Positions 12,568 through 24,805 of a stretch of 39,557 nucleotides of DNA are shown here, piece after piece. Position 1 is the first letter of the stretch, and every line of letters starts with the position of its first letter. Below the pieces are notes generated by a model. It saw only the letters and a program-made list of their open reading frames with translations. It ran no database searches and was not told where the DNA came from. The stretch lies in assembly GCA_002245135.1 (NCBI GenBank), contig NGBS01001220.1:1-39557 (forward strand), written 5' to 3'. This stretch comes from Proteromonas lacertae. Lineage: Eukaryota. The position numbers were made by a program, and so were the translations under genes.

Positions 12568-15500
12568 TTATAAATTGTCATTTACTTTTTTCAACATTTC
12601 TTCAAATTCTATCCTTTGAAATTCATCTTCAACACTGGATATATATTTACTTGCTTCATTCAAATATTTCTTTGATTCTTCATAATCTTTCTATTTTCAT
12701 TATAATCACATTCATATATATACAATATCAAAATAACATTCACCCATTTCATTATTACATCTAAATCTCTCATAATCACTTTTAGCTAATTTTAATGCAT
12801 TATTATATTGTTCTTTAGCTTCATCAATAGTACCTAGCTTAAATAAATACTTACACACATATATATAATATAGGCATCTATCTTCATCTGATTCAGCAAA
12901 TTCAATTGCCGAAGTAATACAATTAAATGAGTTTTCATTATCATTCTATTAAAATAACAATTGAAATATATACAAAACCCAAATAACAATCACCTAAATT
13001 CATAAAACACATATATTTTTGTTTATTTGTTGATGATACTTCTAATGCAGATTTATAATAATCTAATGATTTTTCATACTCTTTCTATAATAAAAGTAAA
13101 TTAGACACTACTATACAATATTAAAATAGCATAAACCAATATTTAAATTGCAACTATAATTCTCTTCATCTGTTGATGCAAGATTTAATGCACATTCAAA
13201 ATAATCTTTTGCTTTTTCATATTCCCTCTATAATAATAATAATAATAATTGTTTATAATCATACAATCTTCAAATCACAAACACCTATTCTAAAGTTGCA
13301 TAAGTAAATCTTTTCATTTGTGGAAGCAAAGTCTAAAGCAGATTCTAAATATTCAATTGCTTTTTTAATTTTTCTCTATATTATCATTTATATCAAGTAT
13401 AATACTGCTAGTTCATAAAAATTACTGATAGTGAAACAACATTCGTATTTTTCTTCATTTTTAGAAGTGAATTGTAATGCAGACTTAAAATGTTCTAAGG
13501 AATCATTAAAATCACCCTATAATATGAATATTTTTATGGTTATACTAGATTGCCATAACACAATGCTATATGGTTGTTACATAAATATTTCATTCTGTTA
13601 ATATATTGCAAAGATTCTTCATCTAAAGGGTTAAGATGTTCTAATTCATAGAGATTCTCAAATGCAGTTTTAAAATATTTTATAGCTTGTTCATATTCTT
13701 CAACATTTGCACTACACAAACCAATATTAAAGTAACAATCACATTTTTCTCTATTTGTAAATGCAAAAACTAATGCTGATTCAAAACGCTCTTTAGATTC
13801 TTTAAATTGATTCTATACATTCATTTATACACAAAATTTATACTAGATTTCGATAACTTTCACCAATTTTGAATTTGCATTTAAATTTTTCATTATTTGT
13901 AGATGAATCATTTAGAGCAGTTACAAGGTATTCTATTGATCTTATATAATTCTTCTATAAAGAAATAATAGATAATATATTTACAGAGTTAAAACTTTCA
14001 CTTCCTCTTGTATAATTTTCAATGTATTTTTTTACTTTTGTAAGTTTTTCAATATATTCTTCATCTTCTATTGAGTATAAGAACTTGATTATTGAGTTGA
14101 TTGTATCCAGGTTGTTATGATCAATTAAATCAATCAGTATATGTAAATCATTTAGATATATTTCTTTGTTCTTTTTCAATTCTACTGCATCATCTTCACC
14201 ATATGGAGGATTCTTTTGATTTATTGAAGGAAAGAATTTCTATGATTTAAATAAATAAAGATATTTCTATACAATTGTTAATTCAATTTTCCAATACGAT
14301 GAGAATTCTTTATTGCTCATTTTAATGATTTCTTTTAATGTTTTACCTTCTATAAAACCACCTCCTAAATAAAAATTCAGAATTTTAGAATCACAAAAAG
14401 AAGTATCTTCACTTGTTCCATTATTCACTGAAGTTGAAGGTAATGTTGAATCATTATTAATATAAGCATTAACTTCTTTAAACATATCTTCAAATAATTT
14501 CTTATCATATGGATCTTCTACACCTGAAATATAAATATTTGCTTCATTCAAATGTTTCTTGGATTCTTCATAATCTTTCTATTCTCATTATAATAATCAT
14601 CATATTATATACAACATCAAAATAGCATTTACCCATTATATATTCACAACTAAATTTCTGATAATCAGTTTTGGCTAATTTTAATGCTTTCTTATATTGA
14701 TCTATAGCTTGATTATTAATACCAAGTTTAAATAAACATTCACACATAAACATAAAACATATAAGTCTATCTTCATCAGATTCAGCAAATTCTAATCCTG
14801 AGATATAAAATCCCAAAGCTTCTTTATATTCTTTCTATAATTATTATAACTGCATAAATTATACAAGATTCATATTAATACAACCTAAGTTTATACTACA
14901 TTTGTGTTTATTTTTTTTTATTATTGCAAATTTTGACGCAGATTTATAATACTCTATTGCTTTATCTAATTCATTCTATTGTATTATAAATAACAAATAA
15001 TCATACTAGATCTGCATAACATACACCTATACCAAACACACAATTGAATTTTTCTTCATCTGATTCAGCAAATTTTAATGCATCATTCAAATGTTCAATT
15101 GATTTTATATTTTCTTTCTATAAATCAATTTATATCAACTATTATACTTTCGATAAAAAATATCTACTTATATTAAGATAACATTCATATTTCTGTTTCT
15201 TTGTTGAGGAGAATTCTAATGCAGAATTAAAAGAATCAATTGCTCTGTCATATTCAAGCTATAACATTAATATCATCATAATTATACTATTGCAGAATAA
15301 CATTTACCTATAGTAGAATTACACTCATATTTATCTTCATTTGTTGAGGCTAATTCTAAGGCAGAATTTAAATAGCCAAATGCTCTGTCATATTCAAGCT
15401 ATAATATAAACAACTGTTAAAATCAATACTAAATATGTATAACACACACCAAGAGTGTAATTACTTTTGCATTTCTTGTTATTCATTTTAGATTTTGATG

Positions 15501-17354
15501 ATTCTGTTAAACTACAATCATTTTCTATTGAAGATATTATATCTAATGTAGTTTCTAAATAACTTATCGAATGTCTGTATTCTTTCTATCACATTAAATG
15601 AATAATTAGTTATACAAGAGCAGCATAACATAAACCAATATAAAAGTTACAATCACATTTTTCTTCTTTTGATGATGCAAAAACTAATGCAGATTCACAA
15701 TGCTTTAATGATTCTCTGAAGTAATTCTATCACATAAAATTCTTAAGAAACAATACAATTTCAAAATATGATTTACCTAGATTGTAATTACATTGGTGTA
15801 ATTCTTCATCTGTATTAGCATTCTTTAAAGCACATAATGAATATTCTATTGATTCTTTATTATCATTCTATGTAATAAATAATTCATAATAGTTATACAA
15901 CTTTATTATATAATTCTGCTAAATTAAAACAACATTTGAATTTATCTAATTTTGTATTAGCATTCTCTAAAGCAGATTTAAAACATTCTATTGCTTTTTC
16001 ATATTTTTGCTATAAAACAAGATAAACATCCTATATACATAATCAAAATATTTTGTAGCTTCTTCAAAATTTTCTTTGAATGTTTTTTCTTTTGTAAGTT
16101 TCTCCATATATTCTTTATCTTCTATTGAGTCTAAGAAGTTAATCATTGAGTTGAGTAGATCATCGTTGTTGTGATCTATTAAATTTATTAAGATATGTAA
16201 ATCATTTAGAAAATTGTCTTTATTCTTAATTAATTTTTTGGCGTCTTCTTTAGTATATGAAGGATTATCTTGACCTATTGAAGGAAAGAACATCTATTAT
16301 ATAAATGTATTTATGTTTTTATACAAATTTAAATTCATCTTTCCAGTAGGATGAAAATTCTTCTTGTTTTATATCACAATATTCTTTTAATGTTTTACCT
16401 TCTATATTACCTTTTCCTAAATAAAACGATAAAATTAATGAATAATATGATGAAAAACTAGCTAATTCGTTTGAAGCTTCAGCTATTGATGGTGAAGAAA
16501 ATGATGAATCACTTATAGAAGGAACAGGAGGAGTGTTTGATATTTTGTTTATTTCTTCTTCTATCTCATCAAGTTTTATTCTTTCATTCATATTTTTCTC
16601 TAACATTCGCTTTATTAATGCTTCTATTTGAGGAATTTTAACTCCACTTACTCTCACAAAATCTAATTCTGTTCTTAAAAATAAATTATTTATTATCTCC
16701 CTTTTGTTCTTTCCTTCAAAAGCCATTCTTAATGTATAAATCTCATATAAAATACATCCTAAAGCAAATATATCACTGGCTGATGAATAGGGACGAGGGA
16801 TTCTATTGGTTATTTCAGGAGCCATGTAACTATAAGTTCCTTTCAATACATCATCAGTACTATCAATTCCAGTTGCTAATCCAAAATCACTTATTATTAA
16901 TTCATTATGATCTCCTACTAAAATATTTCCTGGTTTTAAATCTCGATGAATTATTCCTTTACTATGAATATACTTTAAACCATTTATTAAATCTTTCATA
17001 TACATCATCATTTCCTAAAGATCATTAATATATCATCATATATACATTTACTGAGAAATCTTCTTTTTTATCTTTCTTTTCATCTATCAGCTTCCATAAA
17101 TCACCATTTTTTAAATACTCTGTGTATATATAGCATATATTTTCTTCTTCAATTATTACACTATCTTTTAGTATCAAGATATTTCGATCTCTCAACTCTT
17201 CTAAAATCTTTATTTCATTTTTTATTGTCTCTAAATATCCTGATTCTACTTTAATCTCTTTTCTAGCTAGCTTTAAACCATTATGTCTTACTAAACACAC
17301 TTTGCTAAAACCACCTTCTCCAATTGTTTCATATTTTTCATCATTTATTTTCAT
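12568..17354 (-). CDS. Array gene A: Ser/Thr kinase (NEK-like) + two tandem [OGFr-like + TPR-like array] modules
   Basis: Exon 1 17354-17046 (GEGGFSKV, ARK); intron 17045-17015; exon 2 17014-16325 (HRDLKPGN, DFG, APE, DIFALG, then FYLGKGNIEGKTLKE); intron 16324-16294; FFPS exon; eight single-repeat exons plus a double exon. The cap exon at 14578 reads on into a second linker/OGFr-like unit and a second repeat array, ending ...MLKKVNDNL* at 12568. Confidence 0.85.
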
Positions 17355-17416
17355 TATGCTCTTAAATCAAACTGTTATTTCTATGAGTTAAAAAACAGAA
17401 ATTTTATGATTTGAAG

Positions 17417-17435
17417 TCAAACCTAAGAATCAAGC
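17417..17435 (-). promoter_or_regulatory. Candidate upstream element, paired G(C/T)TTGA on the sense strand, before gene A
   Basis: + strand tcaaacctaagaatcaagc, ~63 nt upstream of the ATG; homologous elements lie upstream of all six array genes. Confidence 0.55.
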
Positions 17436-17609
17436 TTATATAACTCATATTCTTTTATATAGATGTAAACATAATTACTTTGGTATAATCAACTTTGATA
17501 GGTTAAATAAAATATCAAATTATTAAATACTGTTTGAATTAACCTAATAATAATAATAATAATAATAATAATAAGATTTATGATATTATTTAACAATAAA
17601 ATTGTGTTT

Positions 17610-20294
17610 TTATTTATAAGCATTTACTTTTTTCAACATTTCTTCAAATTCTTTTCTTTCTTCATCATCTTCTACACTTGATATGTATTTACTTGCTTCA
17701 TTCAAATATTTCTTTGAAACTTCATATTCATTCTATTTTCATTAAAATAATCTTTTATACATTTTCAAAATAACATTTACCCAGTGTTTTATAACAAGTA
17801 AACTTTTCATAATCACTTTTAGCTAATTCTAATGCATTATTATAATGATCTTTTGCTTCATCAATAGCACCAATATTAAATAGACATTGGCAAAGATATA
17901 TATAATATAAACATCTATCTTCATCTGTTTCTGCATATTTAAAAGAATCTATAAAGAATTCCATTGATTTTTCATATTCTTTCTATAATATTTATAGTTA
18001 AAACAATTATACAAGTTTCAAATAATCATCACCTATGTTATTATAACAAGTAAATCTTTCCTTGTTTGAAGATGCAAGTTTCAAGGCTAAGTTATAATAA
18101 GAGATTGATTTTGTATAATCTTTCTATAATGTTTTATTATTGAACAATCATACTATATTTTTACAACAAACACCTAATAAAAAATAACAATCATATTTCT
18201 CTTCATTTGTTGAAGAATTTTCTAAAGCAGATAAATAAAACTGTATTGAGTTTTGGTATTGTTTCTATACATATACAATAACAAATACAATATAATAATA
18301 ACTATTCCCAATATAACATTTATGATTGTATTTATCATTATTAGAGACAGCATCTAAGGTATATTTTAAATAATCAATTGCTTTTTCATATTCTTTCTAT
18401 AGCAAATATAATATATTGACTTACCAAAGAATATAAATTTAGACCAATGCATGCTTTGCACAAATATTTTTGTTCATTTGTTTTGGCATTATCTAAAGCT
18501 AATTTATAAAATTTTGTTGAATTATCATATTCTGCCTATTATATATATAATTTCAACATTAATACAAGTTGTATATAACTTTTGCCTATTTTTGTATGAC
18601 ATTCATATTCTTGTTCATTTGTATTGGCATTATTTGAGGCAGATTTATAAAATGGAATAGATTCTTCTATTTTGCCCTATTCATTTATATATTATGATAA
18701 TTATACGACATTCACAAAACAATCACCTATATTTATACTGCAAGTATATTTTCTTTCATTTGTTTTGGCATTTTCTAAAGCTATTTTATAATGTTTGATT
18801 GAATTATCATATTCTGCCTATTAAACTTGTTATTGCAAATATTATACAAGTTGAGCATAACACCAACCAATTCTGTTTTCACAGTCATATTTTTCTTCAT
18901 CTGAAGAGACATTTTCCAATGCAGATTTTAAGCAATTAATTGATTTTCCACATTGTTTCTATAAGATTCATTACTTTATATGATAATACAAGTTGAACAT
19001 AACACTTACTAATATTTAGTCTACAGGTATATTTTTGTTCATTTGTTGAAGAATTTTCTAAAGCAGATTTAAAACATTCTATTGAATTATTATATTCTGC
19101 CTATTATATATATAATTTCAACATTAATACAAGCTGAAAATAACAAGTACCAATTTTCATTTCACATTCATATTTTCTTTCATTTGTTTTGGCATTTTCT
19201 AAAGCTATTTTATAATGTTCGATTGAGTTTTCATAGTCATTCTATTCAATATAAAATACTACAATTATACCTCTCTTTTATAAAATGAACCTAAGGTGTA
19301 ATAACCAATGAATTTATCTTCATCAGTTTCCGTATAATCTAATGCATTTAGTAAATACCCTTTGGATATTTCAAGTTCGTTCTACTCATTTATAATTATA
19401 AATAATTATACAAGATTCAAATAACACTTTCCTATATTTGAAATACATTTAAATTTTTCTTTCTTTGAAGTAGCATAATCTAAGGCAGTTTCTAAAATAT
19501 CTCTGGATTTTTCAAATTGCCTCTATACATTAGAAATATCCTTTACTCATACTCTATGAAAATAACATTCACCTATTTTATAATTACATTCACATTTTTC
19601 TTCATCTGTAAAGGAATTTTCTAGTGCTCTAGACATATATTTTATTGAGTTTTCATAGTCATTCTATTCAATTCATAGTTATATTTATCATACAACTATC
19701 AAATAGCATAAACCAATTTTGTAACTACTTTCATACTTTTCTTTATTTGTCAAAGAATTCTCTAAAGCTGTTATATAACATTTTATCGATGGCTCATATT
19801 CATGCTATAATAATACATTAAATATTCTTCTTATACCAAATTAAAATATCTATTTCCTTCATTATAATTATCTTCATATTCCATGTGTTTTCTTTCTTTG
19901 TTGAGTAGTTGTATATATTCTGTATCTTCTATTGTTTCTAAAAAATCTATTATATTGTCGAGATTATCTTTACTTTTGTCAATTAAATCAATCAATCTAT
20001 GTAAATCATTTAGATAAACATCTTTGTTATTCTTTAGCTCAGTTGAATCATCTTCAGTATAAGGAGGATTATTTTGTTTATGTGATGGAAAGAATCTCTA
20101 ATCATATTAACTACTAGATTTATATATACAATTACTAAATTATCATTCCAATATGAAGAAAACTCTTCTTTATCCATTTCAATAATCTCTTTTAAAGTCT
20201 TTCCATTAATAGCTGCACCTTTTAAATAAAATAACAGAATTACAGAATTACAATATAATAAATTTCCTGATTCTTCACTTGTAGTAGTAGTGGC

Positions 20295-20329
<35 letters not shown>

Positions 20330-21178
20330 CAGTTGATGCAGAAGGATATGATGTATCACTAATATAAGGAACAGGAGGAGCTGTGTTTGGTAATTTGTTT
20401 ATTTCTTCTATTTTGTCTTTTTCTTCATCAATTGTGTCTATCATATCTTCAATTTTATCAAGGTTTATTCTTTCACTTTCATCTTTTTTTAACATTTGCT
20501 TTATTAACTCTTCAATTTGAAAAAATCTTTTTCCACTTATTCTATCAAAATCTAATTCTTTCCCTGACTGTAACTCATTCTCTATTTCTTTTTCATTTCT
20601 TTCTTTAAATATAACATTCAATGTGTATATTTCATAAAATATACATCCAAGAGAAAATATATCACCAAATTCGTTACATCTAGAAGGTAAATTTAAGATA
20701 GAATCTTTAGAAATGTAATTTATCATTAATTCATTTCTTTTTCCTACTAAGATATTCTCTAGTGTCAATTCTTTATGATTTAATTCTATACTGTGAATAT
20801 ATTTTAATCCATTTACTAGATCCATCATACACTCAACTATTTCCTATAACAATTATACATATATTACTTCCAGTATACCTCTAAAGAGAAATCTTCACTC
20901 ATTTCTTTTCTTTTACTTATTACATCACATAAATTTCCCTTTTCAACGTAATCTGTGAATATATAACAAACATTTTCACTCTTAACAATCTCATAGTCTT
21001 TCATTCTCAAAATATACCTATCTTTCACAGTGATTAATTTTTCACATTCTCGTTTTACTAATTCTATGGATTTTGGAGTTATATTAAAGCCTTTCCTTGC
21101 CATTATCACTCCATTGCGATTTACTTTACATAATTTCTTCACATCGCCTTTTGCAACATTAGAAATAGCATTGTTCAT
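17610..21178 (-). CDS. Array gene B: pseudokinase + poly-Thr linker + OGFr-like + TPR-like array (13 single-repeat exons + double exon + cap)
   Basis: Kinase fold is recognisable (MARK, YIFTDYVEKGNL, GLKYIHS, ENILV, DIFSLGCIFYEI), but the Gly loop is lost, HRD is HKE, DFG is replaced by NYI and the activation segment/APE is deleted. ~141-nt exon+intron periodicity over 19805-18013. Stop TAA at 17610. Confidence 0.85.
18530..19240. repeat. Internal four-exon-period duplication in the TPR array of gene B (also in D)
   Basis: tctgcctattatatatataatttcaacattaatacaag, which includes a whole intron, occurs at 18531 and 19096 (offset 565, about 4 x 141). tttcatttgttttggcattttctaaagctattttataatgtt recurs at ~18754 and ~19178. 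Confidence 0.85.
20280..20330 (-). repeat. (ACT)n coding microsatellite giving the poly-Thr linker of gene B (copy at ~27613-27663 in D)
   Basis: gtagtagtag run on the + strand; translates as STATTTTTTTTTTTATTTTS. Confidence 0.9.
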
Positions 21179-21242
21179 CTTATAAGTGCTTTAATTGCAA
21201 AATATACCTCTCTTAAATGAAAAAGAAAATTAAAAAAAAGAT

Positions 21243-21260
21243 TCAAACCTGTAATCAAGC
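21243..21260 (-). promoter_or_regulatory. Same candidate element before gene B
   Basis: tcaaacctgtaatcaagc, ~65 nt upstream of the ATG; flanks are unrelated to those of gene A. Confidence 0.55.
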
Positions 21261-21343
21261 CTAGTTTTTCTTTTAAGAATAAATATTACTTAAAATAAAA
21301 AAGTATGAATAAGCTAGTTTGTATATATATTATGATAAATCTT

Positions 21344-23473
21344 CTATATTCTTATAATCTCTCCAAATTCTATTTTAAAACTATCTTCAACTATATTCCA
21401 CATATATTTACTCGATTCGTTTAGGTACTTCTTAAATTCTTCATATTTGCCCTATTTTATCAAATGCAAAATATATACCCTTTCAAAGAAACAGTTACCT
21501 ATTATAAAGTTACACCTAAATCTTTCATGGTCATTATTGGCTAATTTTAAAGATTCATTATATAGATAATTCGATTCTTCTACTGGATTGATGTTAAACA
21601 TATATTTACACATATTAATGTAATATAAACATTTGTCTTCATCTGATTCTGCAAATTCAAATGCTAAAATAAGATTATTCATTGCCTTTTCATCATTTTT
21701 CTATTATAATTTCATATTAAAATAATAATAAAACATACCATATTAAAATAACAATCACTTATACTCATATTGCATGTAAATTTTTCTCCATTTGTAGAAG
21801 CGCATTGAAAAGCATAATTATAATTTTCAATTGCTTGTTGGTAATGTTTCTATTATATATTATAAAAAACAATTATACCAAATTCCAATAACTATTGCCA
21901 ATATTTATATAGCAGGTATATTTTTCTTGATCTATTAAGGTGTTACCTAATACTGATTTATTATATTCTATTGAATCTTCAAGTTCATTCTAAATATTAA
22001 TTATATTAATAATATACACTATCCATACAACCACCATTTATACCAAAACTACATATATATATATCTTTATCTGTAGAATTGGCTTTTTCAAAGACATCTT
22101 TATAATATTCTATTGGTTTTTCAGTTTCATTCTATCATATAATAATAACATTACTTATCATAATAACAATACAGTAATAAAACACTTACCAAGATATACA
22201 ATACTGACACTTTTCTTTTCAATTTCAAATGCATTTTCTAAGGCAGATTTATAGTATTTTATTGAGTTTTCATATTGTTCCTAGTTAATATAGAAGTATT
22301 ATACAATATTCCAATAACATTCACCTATAATTGTGTTACATATGTATTTTTCTTCATTCTTAGAAGCATTCTCTAAGGCTGATAAAAAATAGTGTATTGA
22401 TTCTTGATAGTTATTCTATAATAATAACTGAAATAACTATACATTTATGAAATAACACATTCCTAAGCTATAAAAACAATAATAATTTTCTAATGACATT
22501 ATCATATTTACTTCTGCTTGTTGCTCATGAGTATATTCATTAATTTCAAAACTATTATGATCACTTTCTAAAGCAGATTTATAATAATTTATTGACCTTT
22601 CATATTCCATCTATTGATTAAAATAATAAGCATACCTTTTTGAAATATATATTACCCAAAAAATATTTGCTAATGAATATCTGAAAATTAATTTTCGTAA
22701 GATCCAATCCATTCAGAAAATATATTTTGGATTTTTCATACTCATTCTGTTACATCATAAATATAAAGATATAATACATTAATAAAATAATTAAATCCTA
22801 TTCGAATAAAACAGTAATATTTCTCTTTCTTTGTACAACAAGATTCCAATGCCATAGAAAAATATTCATCAGCTTTATCATTATCTTTCTACAATATAAT
22901 TAATACTACATATATACAAGATTCATAAAACACAATCCAATATGGTAATTACAGTCATATCTTTCTATTATTGTAGTATTAAATTCAAATGCAGATTTAT
23001 AAAACTGCATTGATTTATCATAGTCTTTCTATTATTTACATAACTATTCAACAATACAAGATTGAAATAACATTCTGCAATTCTGAAATGACATTCATAT
23101 TCCTCTTCTTTTGATGAAGTGTTGTTTAATGCAATTGTAAAACACTCTATAGAGGATTTATAATTCATCTATTAATAACAATATTATCATATATATTTAC
23201 ATACAAAATATAAATTCTTTTTCCCTTCCTCATAATTATCTTTATACTTTTTTTCTTTATTCAGCTTTTCTACATATTCATAATCTTCAATTGATTTTAA
23301 AAAGTTTAATATTTTGTTGAGATTATCTTTACCATGATCTATCAAGTCAATTACCCTATATAAATCATTTATAAAGCTATCTTTTCTGTTTTCCAATTTC
23401 ACTGCATATTCTTTAGTATATTCACTGCCTTTTTCATCCACTGAAGGAAATAACAACTATTTTTATGATTATA

Positions 23474-23510
<37 letters not shown>

Positions 23511-24544
23511 CCAAATAATCATCTTTCCAGAATGAAGAAAATTCTTCTAAATTCATTTTTCTAATTTCTTTTAGTGTTTTACCTTCTATATTCCCACCTC
23601 CTAAATAGAAATTGAGAATAAAAGAATCACAGTTAGAAGAAAAACTAGCTTCTTCACTTGATGTATTATCTATTGATGGTAATGGTAATGTTGAATTATG
23701 GCTAACATAGGCAATAGGAGGAGTATTTAACATTTGGATTACTTCTTTTTCTATTTCATCAATTTTTATTCTTTTATTGACATCTTTCTCTAACATTTGC
23801 TTTATTAATTCTTCTATTTGCTGGAATCTTATTCCACTTAACCTTCTAAAGCTCATTTTTTCATTATATTTTATCCTATTCTTTATAACTTCATTATTTT
23901 CTCCATCAAAAGCCATTCTTAATGTATATATTTCATAAAATACACAACCTAAAGCAAATATATCACTGGCTGATGAATAGGGACGAGGGATTCTATTGGT
24001 TATTTCAGGAGCCATGTAACTATAAGTTCCTTTCAATACATCATCATTATTTTCATTTTCAGTTGCTAATCCAAAATCACTTATTATTAATTCATTATGA
24101 TCTCCTACTAAGATATTTCCTGGCTTTAAATCTCGATGAATTATTCCTTTGTTATGAATATACTTTAAACCATTTATTAAATCTTTCATGTACATCATCA
24201 TTTCCTAAATATCATTGATATATCATCATATATACATTTACTGAGAAATCTTCTTTTTTATCTTTCTTTTCATCTATCAGCTTCCATAAATCACCATTTT
24301 TTAAATACTCTGTGTATATATAGCATATATTTTCTTCTTCAATTATTACACTATCTTTTAGTATCAAGATATTTCGATCTCTCAACTCTTCTAAAATCTT
24401 TATTTCATTTTTTATTGTCTCTAAATATCCTGATTCTACTTTAATCTCTTTTCTAGCTAGCTTTAAACCATTATGTCTTACTAAACACACTTTGCTAAAA
24501 CCACCTTCTCCAATTGTTTCATATTTTTCATCATTTATTTTCAT
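21344..24544 (-). CDS. Array gene C: chimeric Ser/Thr kinase + OGFr-like + TPR-like array (10 single-repeat exons + double exon + cap)
   Basis: Exon 1 matches gene A exon 1. HRDLKPGN/DFG/APE are intact. From ASDIFALGC onward it matches gene E. Repeat exons span 23168-21738. Stop TAG at 21344. Confidence 0.85.
23457..23508 (-). repeat. Intron lengthened to 52 nt by a (TA)n microsatellite (gene C; the copy in E is one unit shorter)
   Basis: (TA)n run follows the GT donor; the C/E offset changes from 7333 to 7331 across it. Confidence 0.8.
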
Positions 24545-24606
24545 TATGCTCTTAAATCAAATTGTTATTTCTATGAGTTAAAAAACAGAAATTTTATGAT
24601 TTGAAG

Positions 24607-24625
24607 TCAAACCTAAGAATCAAGC
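24607..24625 (-). promoter_or_regulatory. Same candidate element before gene C
   Basis: tcaaacctaagaatcaagc, a duplicate of the gene A upstream region. Confidence 0.5.
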
Positions 24626-24738
24626 TTATATAACTCATATTCTTTTATATAGATGTAAACATAATTACTTTGGTATGACCAAATTTAATAGGATAAATAA
24701 AATATCAAATTATTAAATACTGTTTGAATTACCCTACC

Positions 24739-24770
<32 letters not shown>

Positions 24771-24805
24771 GATTTATGATATTATTTAACAATAAAATTG
24801 TGTTT

